From contig CAVYQE010000002.1 of assembly GCA_963770565.1 (NCBI GenBank), positions 64,001 through 128,000 on the forward strand: 64,000 bases of DNA, read 5' to 3'. This document shows positions 21,395-30,555 of this stretch, piece after piece. This DNA comes from an uncultured Actinomycetota bacterium. Lineage in GTDB: Bacteria > Actinomycetota > Actinomycetes > JAFAQI01. A program made the position numbers and the translations under genes. Under the pieces are notes generated by a model. That model was not told the origin of the DNA. It ran no database searches and was given only the letters and a program-made list of their open reading frames with translations. Positions within the stretch are counted from its first letter, which is position 1. Each line of letters begins with the position of its first letter.

Positions 21395-22135
21395 GTGGGA
21401 CTGGCCCTCATCATCCTGGTCGGCGCCGCGTGCGTCGGGCTCGCGCAGGGTGGCACCTTCGCCGCGCTCGCCGACCTGCCGTTGCGGGGCAGCCGGCTGG
21501 TCGGTTTTGCCGTCGCGGGCGAGGTCTTCGGGGCCGGGATGGCGTGGGCGACCAACGAGCGCGGCTGGTATCCAGTCGGGCTGGTCATCGCGGCCCTGGC
21601 CGGCTTCGCCTTCTGCGCCCGCAACATCCGCCTGGCCGGAGTGCCGCTGATCACGCTCGGCCTGCTCGCCAACGCGCTGGTGGTCGCGGTCAACGGAGCG
21701 ATGCCGGTCTCGGCCGCTGCCGCAGCTCGCGCCGGGGTGCCGACCGGCGAGATCGCATCCGGGGCCGACGCCCGGCACGTGATCGCCGGTCGAGGTACGA
21801 CGCTGCACGCGCTCGGCGACGTCGTACCGGTGGCGTTGCCGTGGCGACCCGAGGTCGCCAGCCCCGGCGACATCCTCGTCACGGCCGGGCTGGGCCAGCT
21901 GGTGCTGGTCGGGATGCGGCGCCGCCCGCGCAAGCGCCGCCCGGCCGGCCGCACCTCGGCCGCCGGACCTGGACCCGCCGCCGGACCTGGACCCGCCGCC
22001 GGGCCGGGCCCCGCTGCCGTAACGTGGACCCGAGCCGACGAGGAGACCCCATGGCCAAGAAGAAGCGCAAGCGCCGGGCGCGAGCAAAGAGCAAGGCCAA
22101 CCACGGCAAGCGCCCCAACTGCTGACCTCTCCTGA
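21395..22135 (+). CDS. DUF5317-like membrane protein (C-terminal extent uncertain)
   Basis: GLLANALVVAVNGAMPVS...LGDVVP...SPGDIL motif. The frame runs on through a (GPGPAA)3 repeat and across bL37. Confidence 0.7.
   Translation: MGLALIILVGAACVGLAQGGTFAALADLPLRGSRLVGFAVAGEVFGAGMAWATNERGWYPVGLVIAALAGFAFCARNIRLAGVPLITLGLLANALVVAVNGAMPVSAAAAARAGVPTGEIASGADARHVIAGRGTTLHALGDVVPVALPWRPEVASPGDILVTAGLGQLVLVGMRRRPRKRRPAGRTSAAGPGPAAGPGPAAGPGPAAVTWTRADEETPWPRRSASAGREQRARPTTASAPTADLS
21958..22018 (+). repeat. 18-bp tandem repeat x3 (GCCGCCGGACCTGGACCC) encoding AAGPGP
   Basis: Directly visible; the third copy is degenerate. Confidence 0.8.
22051..22125 (+). CDS. 50S ribosomal protein bL37 (actinobacteria-specific, 24 aa)
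   Basis: MAKKKRKRRARAKSKANHGKRPNC with the signature KANHGKRPN; GAGGAG RBS; near rsrA-sigR as in mycobacteria. Confidence 0.92.
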   Translation: MAKKKRKRRARAKSKANHGKRPNC

Positions 22136-22217
22136 GCAATGTCACATTGCCTAGGGACTTGTGGGGGCGATGTCACATCGCCCCCACAAATCGCGGGGGA
22201 ATGTGACATTGCTCAGG
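22131..22217. repeat. Palindromic intergenic repeat, family A copy 2
   Basis: CCTGAGCAATGTCACATT...AATGTGACATTGCTCAGG with the central hairpin TTGTGGGGGCGATGT-C-ACATCGCCCCCACAA; between convergent genes. Confidence 0.85.
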
Positions 22218-22226
22218 AACTGCGGG

Positions 22227-23168
22227 CTAGCTGAGGGTGGAGCGGATCCACTCCACCGTGCGACCGACGCCGGTGTCGATGTCGACCTGTGGCGACCAGC
22301 CCAGCACCTCACGAGCCGCGCTCGGGTCGAGGGCGTTCGCCTGAAGCTCGCCGGTTCGCGGTGCGGCGAACTCCGGCTCGTCCAGTGCGCCGGCGGCGAC
22401 CGCGACCACGTGATGCAGATCGAGCACCGAGGTCTGCACACCCGTCCCGATGTTGAACCGCCGGCCGGCACCGGCGGACATCGCCCGGACGAACGCATCG
22501 ACCGCGTCGTCGACGTAGAGGTAGTCGCGGGTGGACGAACCGTCGCCGAAGATCTTCGTCGGCCGGCGCTCCAGCATCGCGGTGCCGAAGATCGCCACGA
22601 CGCCGGCTTCGCCGTGCGGATCCTGACGCGGGCCGTAGACGTTAGCCAGCGCGAGCGAGGTCCAGCTCAGGCCGAACATCGCGCCGTACGCCGCGACGTA
22701 CAGCTCGCCGGAAACCTTGCTGACCGCGTACGGCGACTCGGGCCGCACCGGGATGTCCTCGGCGGCGGGCAGCTTCTCCGGCGCACCGTAGATCGTGCCG
22801 CCGGAGGAGGTGAACACCACCTTGCCCACCGAAGCGCGGCGCGCGGCCTCGCAGACGCTGATCGTGCCGAGGATGTTCTGGCGGGCGTCGAGCCACGGGT
22901 CGGCCACCGACACCCGCACGTCCACCTGAGCCGCAAGATGCAGGATCACCTCGGGCTGCACCTGGCCGACGAAGTCGACGAACTCCATGGTCGTGATGTC
23001 GATCTGGGCGAAGCGATATGGCTGCTCGGATGCTCGGGCGAGCTCCAGGTTGCGGGTCCGCCCGTTGGACAGGTCGTCGACGGCGGTGACGTCGTGACCG
23101 TCGGCGAGCAGCCGGTCGACCAGGTTGCTCCCGATGAACCCGGCCCCGCCGGTCACTAGCAGCTTCAT
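22227..23168 (-). CDS. NAD-dependent nucleotide-sugar epimerase/dehydratase (GalE-like)
   Basis: TGGAGFIGS, HLAAQ, SSGGTIYG, YAVSK (YxxxK), NVYGPRQ. Confidence 0.92.
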   Translation of the reverse strand: MKLLVTGGAGFIGSNLVDRLLADGHDVTAVDDLSNGRTRNLELARASEQPYRFAQIDITTMEFVDFVGQVQPEVILHLAAQVDVRVSVADPWLDARQNILGTISVCEAARRASVGKVVFTSSGGTIYGAPEKLPAAEDIPVRPESPYAVSKVSGELYVAAYGAMFGLSWTSLALANVYGPRQDPHGEAGVVAIFGTAMLERRPTKIFGDGSSTRDYLYVDDAVDAFVRAMSAGAGRRFNIGTGVQTSVLDLHHVVAVAAGALDEPEFAAPRTGELQANALDPSAAREVLGWSPQVDIDTGVGRTVEWIRSTLS

Positions 23169-23235
23169 ACGTCGACCCTATGAGACGGGCAACGCGATCG
23201 GACTTCAGCGCGCCCGCGAAGCGACCCGAAATCGC

Positions 23236-23520
23236 TTATTCGGCGCGATATTCGAGGGTGGAAATCTCGATCCTGACCTCATCGAGCTTGATCCGGAGGC
23301 GTTCCTTCAAGCCGTCCGGCGCAACTTCCCCGCCGCAACAGCGGGCGACGAGCGCCTTGACTTCCTGCTCGATGCCGAACTGGCGCAGGCACGGGCCACA
23401 CTCATCGAGGTGGCTGCGCACCTCGGCCTTGCTGGAGTCGTCGATCTCGCCGTCGAGATAGAGGTAGACCTGCCGAATCACCTCGACACAGTCGACGTCG
23501 TGAGGGTTTCCGCAGCTCAT
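23236..23520 (-). CDS. rsrA: Zinc anti-sigma factor RsrA/RshA
   Basis: MSCGNPHDVDC...YLDGE...HLDECGPC (HxxxCxxC), downstream of sigR. Confidence 0.93.
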   Translation of the reverse strand: MSCGNPHDVDCVEVIRQVYLYLDGEIDDSSKAEVRSHLDECGPCLRQFGIEQEVKALVARCCGGEVAPDGLKERLRIKLDEVRIEISTLEYRAE

Positions 23521-23533
23521 CGGTCACACCCCG

Positions 23534-24193
23534 TCATGTCGTGCTCCCAGCCTCGGGATGAACATAACCACGATCCGCCGCATAGTGCTCAAGTGCTTCG
23601 CGAAGGCCCCGCCGGCCCCGATGCAGCCGGGACATGACCGTGCCGATCGGAGTGCCCATGATCTCGGCGATCTCCTTGTAGGCAAAGCCCTCGACGTCGG
23701 CGAGATAGACCGCCATCCGGAACTCGTCCGGCAGTGACTGCAAGGCTTCCTTGATGTCGCTGTCGGGCAGGTGCTCGAGCGCCTCGGTCTCCGCGGACTT
23801 CAAGCCGGACGAGGTGTGCGACTCCGCACTCGCAAGCTGCCAGTCCTCGACCTCGGCGTTGCCGGACTCGAGCGGCTGGCGCTGCTTCTTGCGGTAGGTG
23901 TTGATGAACGTGTTGGTCAGGATCCGGTAGAGCCAAGCCTTGAGGTTGGTGCCTTCCTGGAACTGGTGGAAGGCCGCGAAGGCCTTGACGTAGGTCTCCT
24001 GGACGAGATCCTCGGCGTCGGTCGGGTTGCGCGTCATCCGCAGCGCAGCCGAATAGAGCTGGTCGAGGAACGGCAACGCATCGCGCTCGAACCGCGCGCT
24101 GCGCTCCTCGACGGTCTCCTCGGCCACGCCCGCGTCCCTTCGTACGGCGAGGCCCCAGCCGGGTGCCGGACGCCGGAGGGTCGACGACGTCAT
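23534..24193 (-). CDS. sigR: Thiol-stress ECF sigma factor SigR/SigH (possible long isoform from GTG 24334)
   Basis: [57 protein letters not shown]. Confidence 0.95.
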   Translation of the reverse strand: MTSSTLRRPAPGWGLAVRRDAGVAEETVEERSARFERDALPFLDQLYSAALRMTRNPTDAEDLVQETYVKAFAAFHQFQEGTNLKAWLYRILTNTFINTYRKKQRQPLESGNAEVEDWQLASAESHTSSGLKSAETEALEHLPDSDIKEALQSLPDEFRMAVYLADVEGFAYKEIAEIMGTPIGTVMSRLHRGRRGLREALEHYAADRGYVHPEAGSTT

Positions 24194-24343
24194 CGCGGGG
24201 GGCCGCGCCGACTGTATATCTGGTGCTGGTGACGCCGAGATGTCGCGGGGGGGCCGATTGCTGGGCGATCGGGACGCTCTCCGACGCTGATCAGCACCGC
24301 TGCCGTGGGCGCCGCGCGCCGTGATCCCGGTCACACCTGCTCC

Positions 24344-24369
24344 AACGCGCCGACTCACAGACCGATTCC
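24344..24369 (-). promoter_or_regulatory. SigR-dependent autoregulatory promoter (sigRp2-like)
   Basis: GGAAT-N18-GTT exactly (GGAAT cggtctgtgagtcggcgc GTT). Confidence 0.85.
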
Positions 24370-24981
24370 CGCCAGCCACGCAACCACCGCACCGGCGACC
24401 TCTGCGGGCGCCTGGCGCAACGAGTGGTCACCCCTGACGGTCACGACCGCCGGGCCGGCCGGCAACTCCGCGGCGGTGCCGAACGCGTCCTTGTCTCCCT
24501 GAACGACCAGCACCGGCAGGCTCAGCTGGTTGAGCGCCTCGAGCTCCTCGGCGCGGGACTTCTCCGGCCGGCCGGGCGGGTGCAGCGGGAACGCGAGGGC
24601 GATCACGGCCGTGGCGCCGAGAGTCGCCGCCGTACGGCAGGCGACCCGGGCGCCGCTGCTGCGGCCGGCCAGGATCAGCGGGCCGGGCCGGCCCCGCCGC
24701 AACGCGGTGACCGTCGCGATCCAGGCGGCGTCCAGGCGCGGGGCGGCCTCCGGGGCCCGCCGGCCCTTGACCCGGTAGGGCTGCTCGACCCGGGCCACGG
24801 TCCAGCCGGCATCGGTCAGCGCGGCGGTGACCGCACGCAGGTCCGGCGCGTCGATCCCGCCCCCGGCGCCGTGACCCAGCACGGCCAGCCCACGGGCCGG
24901 TTGGCCCGACGCCGCGCTGAGATGCGCGCGGGCGACGCCGCTCGGCGTGTCGATCGCGCGCACCCGAACCGCACCAGGCAT
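24355..24981 (-). CDS. Alpha/beta hydrolase (KANL3/Tex30-like)
   Basis: [15 protein letters not shown] nucleophile elbow, [21 protein letters not shown]. Confidence 0.88.
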   Translation of the reverse strand: MPGAVRVRAIDTPSGVARAHLSAASGQPARGLAVLGHGAGGGIDAPDLRAVTAALTDAGWTVARVEQPYRVKGRRAPEAAPRLDAAWIATVTALRRGRPGPLILAGRSSGARVACRTAATLGATAVIALAFPLHPPGRPEKSRAEELEALNQLSLPVLVVQGDKDAFGTAAELPAGPAVVTVRGDHSLRQAPAEVAGAVVAWLAGIGL

Positions 24982-25005
24982 CCGGACATGCTGCCAGGTC
25001 CCGGA

Positions 25006-25092
25006 CCCACGCATGGCCCATTGGTGGGGCTATAGGCCCACGCATGGCCCATTGGTGGGGCTATAGCCCCACGCATGGGCCATCGGTGGGGC
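25006..25092. repeat. Tandem 31-bp palindromic repeat, family B copy 1 (about 2.8 units)
   Basis: CCCACGCATGGCCCATTGGTGGGGCTATAG(G/C) units at 25006, 25037 and 25068. An inverted copy lies at 53134-53186. Confidence 0.9.
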
Positions 25093-25145
25093 GCGGGGTG
25101 GGCGGTCGATGCGACGATTCAACCCGTGAGTGCAGGAGCAGCGCG

Positions 25146-26132
25146 CTGAGCCGACGCGAGATCGACGACGAGGACCGCCTCGGCCGTCAGGGCCGGGGCT
25201 CGCGGCCGCGCAGCCGACTGCGGCCCAAGCACGACGACGCGCTGAGCGGGCGGGTGGTCAGCGTCGACCGCGGCCGCTACGGCGCGCTGCTCGACGACGA
25301 CACCCTCGTGGTCGCGATGCGAGCCCGCGAGCTCGGCCGGCGGGCGGTGGTCGTCGGCGACGCGGTCGACATGGTCGGCGACGTGGCGGGCGGTCCGGAC
25401 GCGCTGGCCCGGATCGTGCGGATCTCGCCACGCCGGTCGGTCCTGCGCCGCAGCGCCGATGACACCGACCCGGTCGAGCGGATCCTGGTCGCCAACGCCG
25501 ATCAGCTCGTGATCGTCGCGGCCACCGCGAACCCCGACCCCCAACCGCGGCTGATCGACCGCTGCCTGGTTGCCGCGTACGACGCCGAGATCGAGCCGGT
25601 CCTGTGCCTGACCAAGAGCGACGTTTCTCCTCCGGACCCGCTGGTTGCGGCGTACTCCCTGGTCGGCGTGCCGATCATTGTCAGCGGCCGGCCGGGCTTC
25701 GAGACCGCGGTGCAGGAGCTCCGGGAGCGGCTGCGTGACCGGGTGACCGTCTTCGTCGGCTCCTCCGGGGTCGGTAAGTCCACGTTGGTCAACGCACTCG
25801 TCCCCGACGCGACGCAGCGGATCGGCGCGGTGAGTGAGCGCACCGGCAAGGGCCAGCACACGACGACCGCGGCAATCGCGTTGCCGCTCCCGGGCAGCGG
25901 CTGGGTCGTGGACACCCCGGGCATCCGGTCGTTCGGTCTCGCGCACGTCAGCCGCGATCGCCTGGTGAGCTGCTTCCCGGACCTGGCCGGAGGCACGCTG
26001 CTGTGCCCGACCGACTGCGACCACCTCGACACCTCGGTGTGCGAACTCGACAACTGGGTCGCCGCCGGTCATGCCGCACCGGAACGGCTTGACTCGCTCC
26101 GCCGCCTCCTCGTCACCCGCGACGCCACGTAG
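25146..26132 (+). CDS. rsgA: Ribosome small subunit-dependent GTPase A (start uncertain, possibly CTG)
   Basis: VANADQ, TKSD, GSSGVGKS, GQHTTT, DTPGIRSFG, Zn finger CxxxCxHxxxxxC. Confidence 0.93.
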   Translation: MSRREIDDEDRLGRQGRGSRPRSRLRPKHDDALSGRVVSVDRGRYGALLDDDTLVVAMRARELGRRAVVVGDAVDMVGDVAGGPDALARIVRISPRRSVLRRSADDTDPVERILVANADQLVIVAATANPDPQPRLIDRCLVAAYDAEIEPVLCLTKSDVSPPDPLVAAYSLVGVPIIVSGRPGFETAVQELRERLRDRVTVFVGSSGVGKSTLVNALVPDATQRIGAVSERTGKGQHTTTAAIALPLPGSGWVVDTPGIRSFGLAHVSRDRLVSCFPDLAGGTLLCPTDCDHLDTSVCELDNWVAAGHAAPERLDSLRRLLVTRDAT

Positions 26133-26141
26133 GGTCGGCGC

Positions 26142-27602
26142 GTGACGCCGCCGCTCGCCCGCGCCACCTTCCGCGCCGACTGGCGACCGCTCGCCCGCCG
26201 GCACTGGTTGTTCGCGCTGATCTTCGCCCTGGGTACGACGCTGCGGGCGCTCGCGTGGTCGGCGTACCAGCCGGCGTTGTTCTACTCCGACTCCACCAAC
26301 TACCTGGCCAACGTGCACCGGGTCCCGAACGTCGCGTGGCATCCACCCGGCTACCCCTGGTTCCTTGACGCGACGCTGATCGGCCGGCACCTCGCGATCG
26401 TCACCGCGGTCCAGCACCTACTGCTGCTCGGCGACGGTCTGGTGATCTACCTCCTGCTGCTTCGGCTCGGTTGCGGTCGCATCGTCGCGGCGCTCGCGAG
26501 TGCGCCGTTGCTGCTCGACGCCTACCAGGTGCAGATCGAGCAGTACATCCTGTCGGAGGCGATCTTCGAGACGCTGTTGGTCGCGGCGATCGCGACCGCG
26601 CTGTGGCGCTCCGGGTCGGGGCCGCAGCGGCTGAGCATCGTCCGGGTGGCGGTGGCGGCGACGTTCGTCGGGCTCAGCGTGCTCGTGCGGCTCGACGCGG
26701 TCGGGCTCGTGCTTCCGCTGCTCGCCTGGGTGGTGTGGGCGGCGCGGCGGTACGGCGTGCGGTGGCTGACGAGGGCGGCGGTCGCGCTCGCCCTGGCGAT
26801 CGCCGCACCACTCGGCGTCGTGATGGGTTTGCACGGATCGGGTCGAGGCGCATCGATCACGGGGAGCGCACCGATCTGGCTGTACGCGCGAGTGGCCGGC
26901 TTCGCGGTGTGCAGCCACGACTCGATTCCCAAGGACGAACGCATGCTCTGCCCGACCCAACCGGTCGGGGACCGGCCGGGCCCGGTGTGGTTCCAGGACT
27001 CCGCCAGCTCGCCGGTCTGGCTGTACCTCGAGCAGAATCCGGGCCACTCCGCCGAGGTCGTGGCCTTCTCCCGGCGGGTGATCCTGGAACAGCCGCTTGA
27101 CTACGCCCACGCGATCGGCGCCGACTTCGCCCAGCAGTTCCGGCCGACCCGAGCGCAGACGCCCGACGGGCCGGAGGTGCAGTCGTGGCAGTTCCGGCTC
27201 ACGCTGAAGCCGGTCGACCCGACCAAACCGTTCGCGCAGTCGATGGTGAACGCCTACGGCACCGGGCAGGCCCGCATCGACGTCGGCATCGCCCGCGTCC
27301 TCCACGACTACCAGCGCTTCGTCTACCTGCCCGGTCCGGTCAGCGCGGTGATCCTGCTCTGCGGCGTGGTCGTCCTCGTCGTACGACGCCGCCACCCGCT
27401 CGCTCCGGCGCTGCTGCTCGTCCTCGGCTGTGCGGTGCTCACGGTCCTGACCGCGACGGCAACCGTGCTGTTCTCGTGGCGCTACATGCTGCCGACGCTC
27501 GTGTTCTATCCGCCGGCCGGAGCACTCGCCTGGACGATGGTCCGCACCCGAACGGTCAGCCGATCCTCAACCCCACCGGAGCTCGCCCTCACCGCGCCCT
27601 GA
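26142..27602 (+). CDS. GT-C-like multi-pass membrane glycosyltransferase
   Basis: First-loop YSDS..Y, HPPGYP, EQYILSE, WRY.LP; about 11 TM segments and a large periplasmic loop. Confidence 0.65.
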   Translation: MTPPLARATFRADWRPLARRHWLFALIFALGTTLRALAWSAYQPALFYSDSTNYLANVHRVPNVAWHPPGYPWFLDATLIGRHLAIVTAVQHLLLLGDGLVIYLLLLRLGCGRIVAALASAPLLLDAYQVQIEQYILSEAIFETLLVAAIATALWRSGSGPQRLSIVRVAVAATFVGLSVLVRLDAVGLVLPLLAWVVWAARRYGVRWLTRAAVALALAIAAPLGVVMGLHGSGRGASITGSAPIWLYARVAGFAVCSHDSIPKDERMLCPTQPVGDRPGPVWFQDSASSPVWLYLEQNPGHSAEVVAFSRRVILEQPLDYAHAIGADFAQQFRPTRAQTPDGPEVQSWQFRLTLKPVDPTKPFAQSMVNAYGTGQARIDVGIARVLHDYQRFVYLPGPVSAVILLCGVVVLVVRRRHPLAPALLLVLGCAVLTVLTATATVLFSWRYMLPTLVFYPPAGALAWTMVRTRTVSRSSTPPELALTAP

Positions 27603-27645
27603 CGGGGCCTCGCCGGCCGTCGGGGTCAAGGCCACCGAAGGGCGA

Positions 27646-28782
27646 TCAGATGCTGCGACCGATCCAGGTCCGTCCCGCGTCGACGCTGACGAACAGGTGG
27701 CCAGGGTCGCCGAGATACGCGCATTGCGAGCGGACGCAGGAGAAGGTGGGCGCGTCGGCTTCGAACTCGCCGACCGGCGCGCGGTCGACGAGCACCCGTT
27801 CCCAGCGTCGGCCCCGGTCGACGCTTCGCGCCACGACGAACACGTCGCGTGCCCCGACGGTGCGCAGGTACGGGCTGGCCAGCAACGCCCGACCCACTCG
27901 AACGAGCGCGGCCGGCGCGAACGCGACCGAGCGTGGCGGGCCGAACCGGCGGCCTCCGTCGTCGGATTGAACCAACGTCGACCGCTCCGGCGCCTCGCGG
28001 CGCTCGCAGGACAGTACGACCGTGCGGCCGTCAATGGTGACGACTCCGGTGTCGCGCTCCGATCGGTTGTGCCCGCCGCAGGCGTCCCGCCGTCGTACCC
28101 AGGTCCGGCCGGAGTCGGCCGACACGAGATACGTCGCGTGGGCATCGGGAGCACCGCCGGCCGGATGGCCGTAGAAGGTCGCGAAGATCCGCCGGCCGGA
28201 TGCGCTCAGGGCCGCACCGAAGCCGAACGCGAGCGGAGCGCGGTACACCGTCCGCCACCTGCCGCTGCCGGTAACGGCCCGTTGAATCATCGGGCGGCAC
28301 TCCGCCGGGCAACCGGTACGCCGATACGCCAATCGGTACGTCGTCGCGCCGGCGATTACCAGGGCGGAGGTCTTCGGGCCGGGGACTCGCCGCCACGTCC
28401 GCGCGTCGTTGTGAGTCACCCACAACGAGTCGCCGAACAGATAGCCGACGCCGTGCTGGGTGAACGCCACGCCGCCGACAAATGTTCGCCGTGTCACGAC
28501 CTGATGCGGCAACCGCTCCCGCTGCCACTGCTGTCCGCCGTCCGCGGTCTCTTCCAGCCGGTCGCAGAGTCGTTGCCCGCAGCCTCGGACCGTCAAGACC
28601 CAACCGACCCCATGTCCGACCCACGAGACGCCGACTGCCCGCGGTCCAGCCACTGATTTCGGCGGAACCCTGACCGCGCGGACGGATGGGCGGGTCGAGC
28701 TGACCGGGCCGTGAGTCGCACAAGCACCAAAGGCCAGCGATAGGAGCGCGAAGACCGACGCCACCCGACCTCGAGCGATCAC
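27646..28782 (-). CDS. Secreted lipoprotein with BNR/Asp-box repeats (beta-propeller)
   Basis: Lipobox LAFGAC; repeated S/T-x-D-x-G-x-x-W boxes (TADGGQQW, SADSGRTW, SDDGGRRF, SVDRGRRW, SVDAGRTW). Confidence 0.8.
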   Translation of the reverse strand: MIARGRVASVFALLSLAFGACATHGPVSSTRPSVRAVRVPPKSVAGPRAVGVSWVGHGVGWVLTVRGCGQRLCDRLEETADGGQQWQRERLPHQVVTRRTFVGGVAFTQHGVGYLFGDSLWVTHNDARTWRRVPGPKTSALVIAGATTYRLAYRRTGCPAECRPMIQRAVTGSGRWRTVYRAPLAFGFGAALSASGRRIFATFYGHPAGGAPDAHATYLVSADSGRTWVRRRDACGGHNRSERDTGVVTIDGRTVVLSCERREAPERSTLVQSDDGGRRFGPPRSVAFAPAALVRVGRALLASPYLRTVGARDVFVVARSVDRGRRWERVLVDRAPVGEFEADAPTFSCVRSQCAYLGDPGHLFVSVDAGRTWIGRSI

Positions 28783-28891
28783 ACAAGAGAGACGTCGCAC
28801 GTCGCATATCGGTTGGCTGGCCATCACCTGGGGCCCGGACGCCTCGGGTTTCGGCTTCCCAATCGTTCGGTCGCGATGCCAAGATCAACGC

Positions 28892-29257
28892 ATGGGATCG
28901 ACACTTGCGGCCGAGTTCGCCAACGCGCTGGCGGCCAAGGACCATGACCGAGTTCGCGACCTGCTCCATCCAGAGGTCGACTTCCGGGCGATGACGCCGA
29001 GCCGGATCTGGGAGGCGGAGCAGCCCGACGACGTCATCGGCGCGCTTGCGATCTGGTTCGACGACGGTGACGAGATCGAGCAGCTCGACGCGCTGGAAAC
29101 GGACGAGTTCGCCGACCGGCAGCGCGCGGGCTACCGCTTGCGGGTGCGGAACAACGACGGGCTGCACCTCGTCGAGCAGCAGGCCTACCTCAGCGAACGG
29201 GACGGCCGAATTGGCTGGCTACGCATCATGTGCTCCGGCTACCGACCGGTCGCCTAG
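28892..29257 (+). CDS. SnoaL/NTF2-like protein
   Basis: LLHPEVDFRAMTP...GRIGWLRIMCSG; NTF2-like pattern. Confidence 0.7.
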   Translation: MGSTLAAEFANALAAKDHDRVRDLLHPEVDFRAMTPSRIWEAEQPDDVIGALAIWFDDGDEIEQLDALETDEFADRQRAGYRLRVRNNDGLHLVEQQAYLSERDGRIGWLRIMCSGYRPVA

Positions 29258-29273
29258 CCCCTGCGCCGCCACG

Positions 29274-29367
29274 GTTGATCATGGCAAAAGGCGCGAAAAT
29301 CGACGGGAAAATCGCGCATTTCGCCATGATCAACGCGGCGTAGCGCCGCGATCAACGCGGCGTAGCG
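29274..29367. repeat. Inverted-repeat element (family C) plus an 18-bp direct repeat
   Basis: GTTGATCATGGC...GCCATGATCAAC (29274-29334) around an A-rich core, then GATCAACGCGGCGTAGCG twice; between convergent genes. Confidence 0.8.
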
Positions 29368-29372
29368 GCCGG

Positions 29373-30476
29373 TCAGACGGTTGCGCCGATCGCGATCGTT
29401 TCGTCGACCTCGGCGACCCGGGCGGCGAGCTCGTCCTTCTCGCGGTCGATCAGCTCGGCCTGGTCCTCGTCGGCCTTCATGAGGTCTTCGAGGTTCACGC
29501 CGGCCATGTCGAGCACGCCCATGTCGGTGTAGCACTTCTGGACCTTCTCGCCCCACAGCCCGATGTCCTTCACGCACGGCACGATCCGGCTGAACAGCAA
29601 CGACCGGAAGATCTGCTGGAACTCGGAGTTCTCCGAGATCTCCGCGCACTCCTTCACCGGCATGCCGAGCGCTTCGTACACCTCGATGCCGAGGAAGCGG
29701 TTGCGCATCAACCAACATCCCTCGACCACGAAGTCCTCGCGCTCGGAGCGCTCCTTGTCGGACAGCTCCTTGTACGCATCGCGCAGCGCGAGCCGACCGA
29801 ACGCGACGTGGCGGGCCTCGTCCTGCATGACGTAGGCGAGCAGCTGTTTTGCCAACGGGTTCTCGGCCATGTCCCGGAGTACGCCGAAAGCCGCGAGCGC
29901 GAGCCCCTCGATGAGGACCTGCATCCCGAGGTAGGCGTAGTCCCACTCCTTGGCCTCGAGCGCATCCTTGAGCAGCGACGCCAGGTCCTGGTTCATCGGG
30001 AAGACCGTGCCGACCTTCTCCTGCAGGAACCGCGCGAACGTCTCGACGTGCCGGGCCTCGTCCATAACCTGCGTGGCGCCGTAGAACTTCGAGTCGTTGT
30101 CGGGAACCGTCTCGACGATCCGTGCCGCGGTGATCATCGCGCCCTGCTCACCGTGCAGGAACTGGCTCCACGTCCACGCCGCCTGGTGATGGGTGAAGTT
30201 GTCGCGCTCCTTCTGGCTCATCTTGTTCCAGATCGGGGTGCCGTTGAACGGGTTGTACATCTCGGGCAGGCCGACCGGGTTGGTCGGATCGACCTCGAGC
30301 GACCAGTCGATCCGCTTTGTGCTGTCCCACTGCTTGTCCTTGCCCTTCTGATACAGCGAGAGCAGCCGGTCGCGGCCGTCGTCGTACTCCCAGCTGAACC
30401 GGGCCGCACCGTTGGCCTTGACGTCCCACGTGGTCGTGACGTCGGTGGCGATCGCGTACTTATCCGCTGTGCTCAT
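29373..30476 (-). CDS. Ferritin-like diiron oxygenase (AurF-like family)
   Basis: HGEQGA...DEARHVE and IEGLAL...DEARHVA: two E...ExxH diiron motifs. Confidence 0.85.
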   Translation of the reverse strand: MSTADKYAIATDVTTTWDVKANGAARFSWEYDDGRDRLLSLYQKGKDKQWDSTKRIDWSLEVDPTNPVGLPEMYNPFNGTPIWNKMSQKERDNFTHHQAAWTWSQFLHGEQGAMITAARIVETVPDNDSKFYGATQVMDEARHVETFARFLQEKVGTVFPMNQDLASLLKDALEAKEWDYAYLGMQVLIEGLALAAFGVLRDMAENPLAKQLLAYVMQDEARHVAFGRLALRDAYKELSDKERSEREDFVVEGCWLMRNRFLGIEVYEALGMPVKECAEISENSEFQQIFRSLLFSRIVPCVKDIGLWGEKVQKCYTDMGVLDMAGVNLEDLMKADEDQAELIDREKDELAARVAEVDETIAIGATV

Positions 30477-30555
30477 TGGTGCGCTCCTAACGGGCGCCCC
30501 AATGAGACGCCGATCACATCGGAGCGAGCCACCTTCGCTCCGCTTCGGTACTCGC

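Noticed and set aside
25006-25092. 31-bp repeats (also 37884-37948 and 53134-53186) as a mini-CRISPR
   Set aside because: The units are directly tandem with no unique spacers, and there are no cas genes.
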